Below, piece by piece: positions 13,742 through 25,519 of a stretch of 64,000 nucleotides of DNA (position 1 is the stretch's first letter; every line of letters starts with the position of its first letter). Under the pieces are notes generated by a model. It saw only the letters and a program-made list of their open reading frames with translations, had not been told where the DNA came from and made no database searches. The position numbers were made by a program, and so were the translations under genes. Source of the DNA: Chrysomallon squamiferum (Eukaryota; Animalia; Mollusca); NCBI GenBank assembly GCA_012295275.1, contig CM022676.1:14074001-14138000 (forward strand). Direction: 5' to 3'.

Positions 13742-14641
13742 ATTAAGTTCAATTTGTAGTAAAGTGCTCTTTATCTCAGGGTAATAAATTTAAAGTCAAC
13801 TAAGTAAACTTTAGATTTGACAAAGCAGATTATTAGATTATGATATCAATAACTCGTCTTTGAATAACAAGCTGAAAAGATATGACACTAATTTTAAACA
13901 CGGGACGTAGAACTATTCCAGCTTTCAATACACAACCCAGTTATTAAGTTTAGTTTCCTCTCTGTCTGAGCTATCACTGGAACAGTCATCAGATATTTCA
14001 CACTGTCCACACACTGAACTCTGTCTCACGTTCTCAACATTTTTGTATGTTTCTGATCTCGGCTCATCGCAATCACCTACTGTTTCATTTGTATCAAATT
14101 CTGCAGATACTGAATTTTATTTCATCTTGTTTACCTCTGTATGCAACATCGATGTTTCACCTAGATACCTGTTTGTTTTGTTTTTTCCTTTTTCAGACTT
14201 TGCAGAACTCTGTTTAGTTACAGCTGTATGCTCATCCGATGAACTGTGATTAACTTCTTTATTTTCAGCGTGAACATTTTACTATATTTATTATTCTTTT
14301 TAACAGATCAGAACAAATATATGAAATCGACGTTGTTGTCAACGTCTGATTGTGTGTTCAAAAGTGATACGCCAGTGTCATAATCATGTTTTTCGACTTC
14401 GTTTTCTTTCTCTTCATTTATTTCAGCTTTGTCCCTGTATTCCTCATCACTTTGTGTTTGAAATATTTGTACATTTACATCTACGTTACAGACATCTCAC
14501 AAACCTGACTTTTTTCTCTTTTCTTTTCCTGTATACTGCATTCTTCAATGTCATCTTCTTTTACGTTTCTTTTCACACCGAAGTTTGAAATCTCAGTTTC
14601 TTGTTGGTGTCTAAAATGTCATTTTGTTCATTATTTTCAGG

Positions 14642-14925
14642 CTAATCCTCTATAAACTTAAAGTCTGTAAAACAATCAAAATCGTCATCTGACACTGACT
14701 TTATTTCTGTCACGACAGAGTTGTCTCCCATTTCAGTTTCTTCCATCATTATGTTATTTGTGTTGTCTCCCCTTTTAGTGGCTTCAAAATCTACAGAACT
14801 GTGAGAAACAGGATTACAGATTTCCAAAATGTTTGGATTGTAATAGAAAACTGATTCTTGTTCATACGTCACGGACATGTCTTCACCTTGTAAACTCCCA
14901 GTACACAGTTGACTTTCTTCCATAG
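14642..14925 (-). CDS. IgSF receptor gene: terminal acidic cytoplasmic-tail exon
   Basis: atttcag|CT ATG GAA GAA..., phase 1 matches TM exon donor; open to TAG at 14642-14644. Confidence 0.65.
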
Positions 14926-15398
14926 CTGAAATATTAATAAACAAATAATAAATAAAAACAATCAAACAAATAATGAAAGGAAGAAGCAAATAATTAAATA
15001 ATTAACTAAATCAGTAAGCAAGTAAATATGTTAATAAATATATACATGAATAAACAATCCTATTTTGTTACATAATATATTTTCTTATTTCATTAAATGA
15101 TATACAATCCTTTTTCATTAATAAATAAATTATGCTGCTTTTTTTACATAAAATATTTTATTATTTTATTATATAATATGCTATCCTATTTGATTACAAA
15201 ATGTAATAGTCTATTTCATTATCAAATGTAACATTATATGTCATTAAATAATGTTTTATACTGTTCTGTATAAACCTATCCTCATTCTCCTAGAATGTTA
15301 TGATATTTAATATCCAGTTTCTACACGTAATTTTAGTACAATCCAATTTTGCTACTGTATCGTTTAACGTGATTTCTCACAGTGTTTGCAAGGTTTAC

Positions 15399-15527
15399 CT
15401 TTGTTTTTGCGATGTATTTTCCAGGTGCTCACAAAGCAAACAATGAATACGACTATAATTATCACCATGACACCGACTGCAGTGTCCACTAGAGACATCA
15501 CACTGGACGTCAGACTCAGAGTTGTTT
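15399..15527 (-). CDS. IgSF receptor gene: transmembrane exon
   Basis: tttacag| ... AAAG|gtaaac, 129 nt, phase 1-1; TAVGVMVIIIVVFIVCFVSTW followed by basic KIHRKNK. Confidence 0.82.
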
Positions 15528-15529
15528 CT

Positions 15530-15580
15530 GTAAACATAACAGACTCGTTCTAGCACGTTCATTTACATCAGTGAACTCAG

Positions 15581-15615
<35 letters not shown>

Positions 15616-16165
15616 CACAACAGTTAGACTCGTTCTAGCACGTTCATTTACATCAGTAACTCAGATGTGTGTGTGTGTGTGTGTTCGTGTGTGTGTGTGT
15701 AAACATAACAGTTAGACTCGTTCTAGCACGTTCATTTACATCAGTAACTCAGATGTGTGTGTGTGTGTGTGTCATGTTATACTCGTTCTAAATTTATATC
15801 AGTTGTTGTTATTTCAAAACAGTTAGACTCGTTCTAGCACGTTCATTTACATTTCAGTGAGTGACTCAGATTGTGTGTGTGTATAAACATAACAAAGTTA
15901 GACTCGTTCTAACACACAATTTACATCAGTATACTCAGATGTGTGTGTGTGTGTGTGTGTGTCGTTCTAGCATGTTCATTTCACATCAGTAACTCAGATG
16001 TGTGTGTGTGTGTGTGTGTGTAAACACAACAGTTAGACTCGTTCTAACACATTCATTTACATCAGTAACTCAGATGTGTGTGTGTGTTTTCGCGTGTGTA
16101 TGTGTAAACATAACAGTTAGACTCGTTCTAAAGTTTCATTTACATCAGAAATAAGATGTATGGGT
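15530..16165. repeat. Intronic tandem array of a ~55-bp core plus variable (TG)n, abutting the TM-exon acceptor
   Basis: Core GTAAACATAACAGTTAGACTCGTTCTAGCACGTTCATTTACATCAGTAACTCAGA repeated about 8 times, some copies scrambled. Confidence 0.9.
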
Positions 16166-16708
16166 GTGTCTGTACTTGACTGAGTCTAAATATGTATAGA
16201 ATGTGTATATGTATATCGGTTATTTCAAAATGTGATATTTTCGTTGGAAAGCCATTTCGTTGACTATTTTTCTGCTACAATATATATCACTGTAGTTGTG
16301 AACACAAGTACACTTGTATGAAGTGGAAAGGACTGCTACTTGAAGTGTCAGGAAGTCAGCAGTCAGTAACTCTGAAGTGTTCTATTACAGCTTAACTACT
16401 TCCGTAGATGAATGAATGCGTCTTGTGATAAAGATAATATAGTGATGTAGATACGCACTTATATATTACAAACACGGAACATACATAGATTCATGCATAC
16501 ATATATACATACATTTGAATACACATACCCAAATACATACATACATTCATACATATATACGTTCATACATACATACATGCATGCATACATAAATACTACT
16601 TACTTACATAGATATACATACATACATACATACATACATACATACATACATGCATACATACATATATATACATACAAATACTCAAGATATGTGCACAAAG
16701 ACATTTAC

Positions 16709-16753
16709 CTTTGAAACTGCTGATGAAAACACTGGAAACTGGCACATCGTTCT
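16709..16753 (-). CDS. IgSF receptor gene: 45-nt stalk exon (QNDVPVSSVFISSFK)
   Basis: tttttacag| ... AAAG|gtaaat, phase 1-1, open. Confidence 0.65.
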
Positions 16754-17128
16754 CTGTAAAAATTAGACATTCATTACTATATCTTGGTTATCTCCCTGTA
16801 CGAAAAGGAATAAGAGACGCAAATAGAAAAAAAACAAAGAGAGAGATACATAGTACGAAATAGAGTTGTACATACACAGAGACATAGAAAGAGAGGGAAA
16901 GAGAGACACATAGAGAGAGAGAGAGAGGGAGAGAGAGAAAGAGAGAGTGTGCTACATCTCTGAATGATTGTTTAAATATGTGTGTACACGCACACACACA
17001 CGCACACATGTACACACACATTCGTAATATTCAAGTTTTCTTTACCAAATGCAGTTGATAAAAATGTACAAACAAACAAATAAATAAATAAAATAAAATA
17101 AAATAAAATAAAATAAAGCTATACTTAC

Positions 17129-17464
17129 GTCTATTTGTCGTGATATGCAAAATGTATAAATGTGTGTAGAATTTACTGCATCCATTTTCATTGCAAACGT
17201 GTAATATGTACAGACCACTGTCACGATCTTGAGCATTCACTATCACTAGTGACATCTTGTAAGCAGCATTTTCTACAGCTACGTTGTGAATGTCGACGTT
17301 CCACTCAGTACAGCTCCCTGTTCTGTTCTCTCCATGTCCGTTTGTCCACGTGTACGATGTGATGCTGTCGTAAGAAAATATTATCTTTTCTAAGCTGATG
17401 TTCTCACCTCTAACAACTGAGATGGTCTCATTGTGTTGCGCGTCTCCCACTAAAACTGGTTTCT
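17129..17464 (-). CDS. IgSF receptor gene: Ig-like domain 4 (atypical, lacks canonical B/F cysteines)
   Basis: tttacag| ... C|gtaagt, 336 nt, phase 1-1; V.RGENISL, YTW, L.I.N....DSGLY.L.V.N..G. Confidence 0.85.
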
Positions 17465-17974
17465 CTGTAAACACAGAATTAAAATCAAATAAAAATACTT
17501 TTTATATCTGTGTGAGTCAGAGTTTAATGTGGTATCCAGTCTTTCATTACTAATAAAGTATTAAAAGAAAAAAAAAAAAAATCGCTGAATTCTACCAACC
17601 GAAAGGAGACACTGCAGAGTATTGACTAAAATGAAATAAATTCTGAGGGTTTTCTTCATAGACACTATTTTCATTTATAGTTGAACAAAAGTCTACGATT
17701 TCAGTTTGTCATCTGACCTTTATTTTCCTGTGCCGCTCTCATACATAGTTTCATGTTTCATTATGTTTATGAAATAAAACATGAACACAGATAAATAGAT
17801 AGATAGATAGACAGATAGATATATAGATAGATAGATAGATAGATAGATAGACAGATAGCTCGATAGAGAGATAGACAGATAGATAGACAGACAAACAAAC
17901 AAACAGACAGACAGAAAGACAAATAAATAAAGAAAGAAAGAACAGTAATAATTCGAGGTAAAAATAATTCTGAC

Positions 17975-18265
17975 CAGTTAGTTTTATGAAAGTTTCTCCA
18001 GTTTGTTTTGAATTAATTCCCAGAATTCCATTTGATACTTCACACACGTAAATTCCGTCATCTTGATAATCGGGATTTTTGATGATGAGTTTGTATTTGT
18101 TGTGTGTTACAAGCTCGCCTTCTACTCTCCTGATCACGTGCTGTCCCACAGCATGAGTGAAAGGTGAGAAAGTGAAATTCTCAGGTTTTCCAGTCGCCAG
18201 ACACGTGACTGTCAAAGTTTTGTGTTCTGTGTTATATTCGTGATACACCGAGACGACAGGAGCGT
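17975..18265 (-). CDS. IgSF receptor gene: Ig-like domain 3 (I/C2-type)
   Basis: gaacag| ... G|gtcaga, 291 nt, phase 1-1; VTCLATGKP ... LII.NPDYQDDGIYVCEVSNG. Confidence 0.88.
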
Positions 18266-18646
18266 CTGTTCGAAATAATTAGCAACACAACAACAACAAC
18301 AACATTATCAAACAATATCATCAACAACAATCAACAACAACAATAACAACAACAACATCAACAATTATTACAATATTAATTACAATTTAATATTAATAAA
18401 CATTATTAAAACAACAATACAAAAACAACATCAAACGTCAAATGGAACAACGACAAAACTAAACAACAACATCAATAATATCAATAATAAACAACAATAA
18501 TAATAAAAATAATAAAGTAAAACAATAACAGCAAATAAAAAACTAATAATACAAATAATAATAATAATAATAATATAATAATAAAATAATAATAATAATC
18601 AAAAACAACAATAATGATGATCATGACGATGATGATGATGATGATG

Positions 18647-18733
<87 letters not shown>
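18647..18733. repeat. (TTA)n microsatellite
   Basis: Perfect run inside an AAC/AAT-rich intron. Confidence 0.95.
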
Positions 18734-18735
<2 letters not shown>

Positions 18736-18822
18736 AAGAACGAGACTGTCACAACGTCAACACGTGGGTTAAAATAAAATAAAAAATAATAACAGAAGAC
18801 TTTAGTTACATAACAGACTCAC

Positions 18823-19161
18823 ACTGAGGGTGGATCACTCTGCTGTTGCTGTAGCTGGTGCTACACATCCACGCCGCCGAATCGACGGTTGAAAATTTGG
18901 GTATAGTTAGCAGATAGCTGGAGAGAAAGTGCTGCCTGCGGCCCACTTTTATCGGTTTAGTCTCGTTCCGCTCACACGTGTAGCGACTTTGAAAACTCCG
19001 CGCCACAACGCACGACGTGGGCGTGCACTCACAAACAACCTCAGCGTCTCTGATGAACGTCACTTTACTTCTGTATGCGTGTCTGATCACAGAACACAGA
19101 AACGTGAACGGTTCGTCAATCACAGCAGTCCACGAGTACACAGACAGACCGGGATTGTTCA
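18823..19161 (-). CDS. IgSF receptor gene: Ig-like domain 2 (V-like, Cys-rich)
   Basis: gtttcag| ... T|gtgagt, 339 nt, phase 1-1; FTFLC ... YLLTIPKFSTVDSAAWMC. Confidence 0.85.
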
Positions 19162-19790
19162 CTGAAACACAAACTTTTTACTTTAGTAGTGATCTCATTT
19201 ACTACTACTACACGAGTACACAGACAGACCGGGATTGTTCACTGAAACACAAACTTTTTACTTTAGTACAGAACTCATTTACTACTACTACACGACAGAC
19301 CGGGATTGTTCACTGAACAGACCGGGATTGTTCACTGAAACACAAACTTTTTTTTTTTTTTAGTAGTGATCTCATTTACTACTACTACACGAGTACACAG
19401 ACAGACCGGGATTGTTCACTGAAACACAAACTTTTTACTTTAGTAGTGAACTCATTTACTACTACTACACGAGTACACAGACAGACCGGGATTGTTCACT
19501 GAAACACAAACTTTTTACTTTAGTAGTGAACTCATTTACTACTACTACACGAGTACACAGACAGACCGGGATTGTTCACTGAAACACAAACTTTTTACTT
19601 TAGTACAGAACTCATTTACTACTACTACACGAGTACACAGACAGACCGGGATTGTTCACTGAAACACAAACTTTTACTTTAGTACAGAACTCATTTACTA
19701 CTACTACACGAGTACACAGACAGTCCGGGATTTTCAATGATAGTATAAACTTTTTATTTTAGTAGTGAACTGATTTACTATTACCACGTG
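19131..19790. repeat. 80-bp tandem array duplicating the Ig2 splice acceptor and first 31 exon nt
   Basis: Unit CACGAGTACACAGACAGACCGGGATTGTTCACTGAAACACAAACTTTTTACTTTAGTAGTGAACTCATTTACTACTACTA, about 8 copies plus partials. Confidence 0.95.
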
Positions 19791-20183
19791 CATTACTACT
19801 ACAACAACTATCACACATAATACCATTACTATTGTCAATACTATTACTAGTACTACCACTGCCGCTAATACCACTGCTACTAGAAATAATAGTACTACTA
19901 CTACTACTACTACTACATTATCACTACTACTCTTACAGCTTTTTCACTACTATTAGCACTACTAGTAGTTGTAATAGTACTACATTAATATTACTGTTAG
20001 TCTTGCTACTTTAATTATCAATGGTACTCCTAATATTGCCATTAGTTCTACGGCCGCTACAACTTTTACTGTTTCTATTACTAGAAGAAGAAGCAGAAGA
20101 AGAAGAAGAAGAAAAAGAAGAAGAAGAAGAAGAAGAAGAAGAAGAAGAAGAAAAAGAAAACAAATACATTTATATCAACTTAC

Positions 20184-20540
20184 ATATGACAGCAGCTTTC
20201 GGTTCTCTCCACACATCAAGTTGATCAGATCCACAAAACCAGACTCCAGTGTCATTTTCAGTTGTGTGATACTTAGAAACTGTGTAGTCTTTGTACTCGC
20301 TGCTAGCTTTGTCTGTCTGAACCCTGCACTCACACCTGTACCCGTCCTTTCTGTTCAGCTTTGTAGCCTCGCACTCGGATCCACGCTGGTGATACATGCA
20401 GACTACAGTGTTGCCGTACTCAGAATTGTGTACAGACATGACAGTTGTGTTGAGATTCTGCGCCTGACGCGCTCGACACACGACAAACATCATTTCTCCT
20501 TTCATAACAGCCGCAGTTTCGAAAATCGAAAACCATACGC
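20184..20540 (-). CDS. IgSF receptor gene: Ig-like domain 1 (V-like, Cys-rich)
   Basis: ctctttcag| ... T|gtaagt, 357 nt, phase 1-1; GEMMFVVC ... YTV......NDTGVWFC. Confidence 0.83.
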
Positions 20541-20717
20541 CTGAAAGAGATAGGTTACTGACAACATAATTGTGTATATAACTAAGCTTCTCGTTGAAGA
20601 AGAGCTGAATCTGTAATCTTAATAAAACTGTGAATGATAATAGAAAGAGAAAAAAAATTAGAACATGTATATATTATCTCTCCCTGTCTCTCCCTACACA
20701 CACACACACACACACAC

Positions 20718-20764
<47 letters not shown>

Positions 20765-20781
20765 TAGATAGACAGATAGAC

Positions 20782-20813
<32 letters not shown>

Positions 20814-21677
20814 CTGCTTAGATAGATAGATTTTGGGATAACTGTAAACTTTTAATGTAATTTATAGAAAAGAAATTTTGAATATATAATTATTATACAT
20901 GCCTTACCTTTTACCTAAACTATTTTGAGCTATGAAATTAATGTGTAATTAACCTAAATAAATATAGTATAAAATATTACCTTTGAAAATTTTTAAGCAG
21001 CAGATAATATACAGAAAGAAAAGCATGTACATGACCTTCATTTTATAATGATGCGAATTAACTTCCAACAAAAGTAATACACAAATTGTCCGATTAAATT
21101 CCACTAAATAATATTTCTTCCTGGAATAATCTTTTGAGAAGTTCACGAAACCTTCTGAGACTGTCCTTTGTATATTAAGAAAAGAGTTAAAATAAAACCA
21201 AAGTAAGTGTTTTAAGCCAATAACTAAATGAAACAGCTATAAATAAACAGAAACATTTTTGCTGATATTTACAAAATCTTTTTCAAGGAAACAGAATTGA
21301 AGTATTCTGTGTTTGAGTCGAAGCTTTATTTATATGCGGCTATAATGTTTGTTTATGCTAAAAAAAAATAATTAATTAAAAAAAAAAAATTAAAACATTG
21401 TCGCAAGTATAGAATTGCATTTTCTGTGCAAATTATTTTCCCACACTGTTTTTAAGGAAGCGTTCTACACCACTGGAAAACATCAACAGAGAAAGAAAAA
21501 AAAAAGAAAACAAATTAGAGGCGACTCTTCAGTTGCAGACATATCGGTTTCTATGGAGGTGTACAGTTACATCTATTCACAGAATGGTGTGTCAGAGAAA
21601 AGAAAAAAAAGATTTTTAAATATATCTACAAGTTGTGATAACATTCTCATGTAAACTGTATAAAATAATAATTAATC

Positions 21678-21710
<33 letters not shown>

Positions 21711-21881
21711 GAAGAAGAAGAAGAAGAAGAAGAAAGAAGAAGAAGAAGAAGAAGAAAAAATAAGAGAATAAAAATATTTAATAAATTATATTTATAAAAC
21801 AAAAAATTCAGAAACACGGATATGAGTCGAAGCGTTTGATGTCTAGACAGATTAGAAATATGTCTGTCGTTGCAATATTAC

Positions 21882-22005
21882 ATTTCACTGTTGCTCTCAG
21901 AGAAAACGAAAACAACGTTATTAATAACCAGCCGACAACGCCTGTCGCTGTGTTAAGTATATTCGTGTTGCTAGGGTGACATTGAGAATCGGTCTCTGAC
22001 GTCAT
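21882..22005 (-). CDS. Candidate leader (signal peptide-like) exon of the IgSF gene
   Basis: ATG at 22005, hydrophobic VVGWLLITLFSFSL, weak phase-1 donor T|gtaata compatible with the Ig1 acceptor. Confidence 0.35.
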
Positions 22006-22424
22006 CTAAACTAGACTGTAAACACATTCGTTCTGCTAACATGATATGTAATTATTTTCTCTTTTTTCAGTTACTTTTCCTCTTCTTTATACATATTATT
22101 TATCTCTGTTTTTAATCTCTTCGTTTCAAAATTTATTTTATCACTGTTATTTTTTTGGCTTGTTTGTTGTTCTTTGTTGTTGTTTATTTTTGTTTTCTTA
22201 CTTTTTTTTTATTATTATTTTTTGTTTTCTCATTTCTTCGTTCTATTTACCTTATTTTTTAAAAATGTCTTTCTGTTCACATAAACTATTAATTTCTTGT
22301 TTCATTCCATTGCGTCTCCAGTTTCATCTTCCTTATCTTCTTCTTCTATTTTTTTATGTTTTTATTTTATTTATTACTATTATTTTCAATACATGTTTAA
22401 TCTACTAGTTACCTATATTATAGC

Positions 22425-22458
<34 letters not shown>

Positions 22459-22950
22459 GTTATTATATTTATCATCATCCTCATCATCATCATCATCAAA
22501 TATTGTAGGAATTTGAATTATTTTGTCATTTAGTTTTAGTTTTTCTGCTTTTGTTTTAATGTTTTGTTCTTATTTCAGTTATTACTCATGTAATAATTAT
22601 TATGACACTAATCAAAATAAAAGTTCTCCGTTTCGTCATTTATTTTAGTATATTCATTTTATTATGTCCCCTGCCACATAATCAATATAAATATTATAAT
22701 AATAACTAATAAATAAATACGTAAATAAACAAATAGACAATTATACAAATAAACAAACAAAGAGGACAATAAAAACAAGAACACATACACAAGTAAAGAA
22801 ATAAAGATAAAAGAAATAAACAGTAAGTAATTATTAAAACATCAAAGTAAATTGTGATTTGTCTCATTGTTGTGTATTTTTATTTATTTATTGTTTTATT
22901 ATTTTCATTTAGTTTTCACACATGAACTTATATCCGACATACAGGAACGT

Positions 22951-22992
<42 letters not shown>

Positions 22993-23426
22993 AAACACAA
23001 AAAATCAGTTGTTTACATAGAAATGGTCGTTAGCAATACAGTAAACTTTTCATTTACCAGACATTTACTGAACATACTTCCGATTTAACAGATAAGAAAA
23101 AATTGAAACTTTCGTTCAAGTCGAAAGTAAGTTTCAGTACGTTAGCAAGAAACACATTTTTTCTCTATAACAAAAAACAGTGAAACAGTTTTCTCTACTA
23201 AAAAGAGACAATGAAACTCATGTTCTCACTATTAACAAATAAATAATATAACGTACCTTTTCTGTACTAATAAGCAGTCAAATAGATCTTTTAATAACAA
23301 TCAGTGAAACATGAATAACATAAGCATATTTAAACTTTCATAAATATTTACAAAGGAGAAGTTTAATGAATTTTTTACTGTGAAATTAAAGTGTCTTAAA
23401 ACTGTCCCCCCCCCGTAAACAAAAAC

Positions 23427-23463
<37 letters not shown>

Positions 23464-23535
23464 TCGTCTTGGAAATTGATTCATGATATAAACCCACAGT
23501 CCCATTTTAGATGACTGCTATTTTTAATTAGTTGC

Positions 23536-23578
<43 letters not shown>

Positions 23579-24271
23579 GTTATTATGATGATGTTGTTGT
23601 TGAGCTTGTTGTGTATGTCGACGTCGTGGTTGCTGTTGTTGTATCTTCTTCTTACGTCTGATTTGATTTGAACTACCACTGAGATACTCTCCTTTGCTAC
23701 AAGACTTGTTTGTTAAACATCGTTATCCTCTGTATGATTATCATACTTTATATATTATGTTGTATAACTCTTACCTAATTAAGCAATACCTAGGATCAGT
23801 CAGACATACATACAGACAGACTGAGTGACGGAGAGATAGATAGATGATGGGTGCATGAAAAATTATGGACACATCAGTAGAGAAAGAGAAAGAAAAAGTG
23901 AGAGAATTATAAACCGCTATAACAAGAAAAAAAAATAGAATAAATTAAAACATATATCATTCAGAAATTTTATTTATTCGTACATTAAAGATAAGAAAAT
24001 ACAATACCATAACTTTAAAAAATTCGAATATTAATAATATAACAAGTGACAATATGCTATTTACACGTTAATACTAATGCTAATATTTCTTCTCAACACA
24101 GCAAACTGTTAATTTTAAAATAATAATATTGATTAATATATATCTATATATCTATCTATCTATCTATATAATATTGAAGCAAATCATAGTTGTATCGAAT
24201 GTTTGTCAAAGACATGACTGTGAAATCACCCTGTCAGTTTTAGTTTTCAGTAAAGTCTTTATTCTGTGTTT

Positions 24272-24423
24272 TTATTTTTCTTCGTCTTTCAACATCTTGG
24301 TTGTTCGGTTGTTCTCTACGTTTTCAGTCATTTCACATTCAGTCTGCGAAAAAAGAAATAGTATATGTATAAAAAATTAATAAATAAATAAATAAATAAT
24401 TAATTAAATAATAATAATAAAAA

Positions 24424-24476
<53 letters not shown>

Positions 24477-25457
24477 GAATAATAATAAACTCACTGTTTC
24501 GTCCTGAATTTTTCTTGTTTGATCGACGGTGTTTTCTGTTTGTTGTGACAAGTTCATCACATGAAGTTCAACAACTTTAACGTCTTGTCTTACAGTAGAA
24601 GTATCTCCCTTTAACTCGTTGACGACGTCTAGTTGTGTGCCCTTGTTCGAGTCACGTGCAGATGGTTGTTTGGAGAAAAGAGTCTGATACTGGGACTCAG
24701 TCATCTTTTCTTCTTCTTGTAGAGGCACGGGAAACAACCTTGTAAAAGACTGGGGAAAAATTATGAATGAATTAATGAATGAAGAAAGAAAGAAAGAAAG
24801 AAAGAAAGAAGGAAAGAAAGAAAGAAACAAGGAAACAAAATTATGATAGCAATAACAAAAGTGTTGGTACTCATAGAAGTAGTAATGGTTGAAGTAGTCG
24901 CAGCAGTAGCAGAAATAAGCACAGTTAAATTACCTTTTTGTTCTCCACTCTCCAGTAGCAACAACAACAGTAATAGCTGAGATAATAAATAATTAGGACA
25001 ACAAAAACAACAACAACAAAAATAATAATAATAATAACAATAACAATAATAATGCCAAAAGTTGCAAATATAAATATAAATATAGAAATAAATGAAGAAA
25101 TAGGTAGATAGAGAAATAAATTAAAGATGAAATACTGAAATACAAAAACAACAACACTCATATTCATAGCATAAGGAGACGTAAGTTGTTCTGCTGCAAG
25201 AACAATTACTGCACGAAATACTACTATTACTTTTACTACTGCTGCTGCTGTAACTGTTTCTACTGCACAAAGTAATAGTCACAGTTAAATTACCTTTGTC
25301 TTCTCCACTCTCCAACATGTAATATACGTGACTTTCGTCAACATTATCTGTAACAAACAAAGCAGTAAATAAAGAATGAAAGCAGCAAAAAAGGGAAGAA
25401 AAAATAAAAAAGAAAGGAAAAGAAAAATACTCTCACTCACATGTGGATGCAGTTGAA
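24272..25457 (-). pseudogene. Multi-exon fragment of an unidentified gene with a coiled-coil-like segment; probably disrupted
   Basis: Exon-like blocks near 25441-25457 (17 nt, cag|...|gtgagt), 25294-25347 (NVDESHVYYMLESGEDK), 24494-24749 (…VVNELKGDTSTVRQDVKVVELHVMNLSQQTENTVDQTRKIQDET|gtgagt) and 24272-24343 (TECEM...EEK*); one phase mismatch between blocks. Confidence 0.45.
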
Positions 25458-25475
25458 CTGACAATTAAAAACATA

Positions 25476-25519
<44 letters not shown>

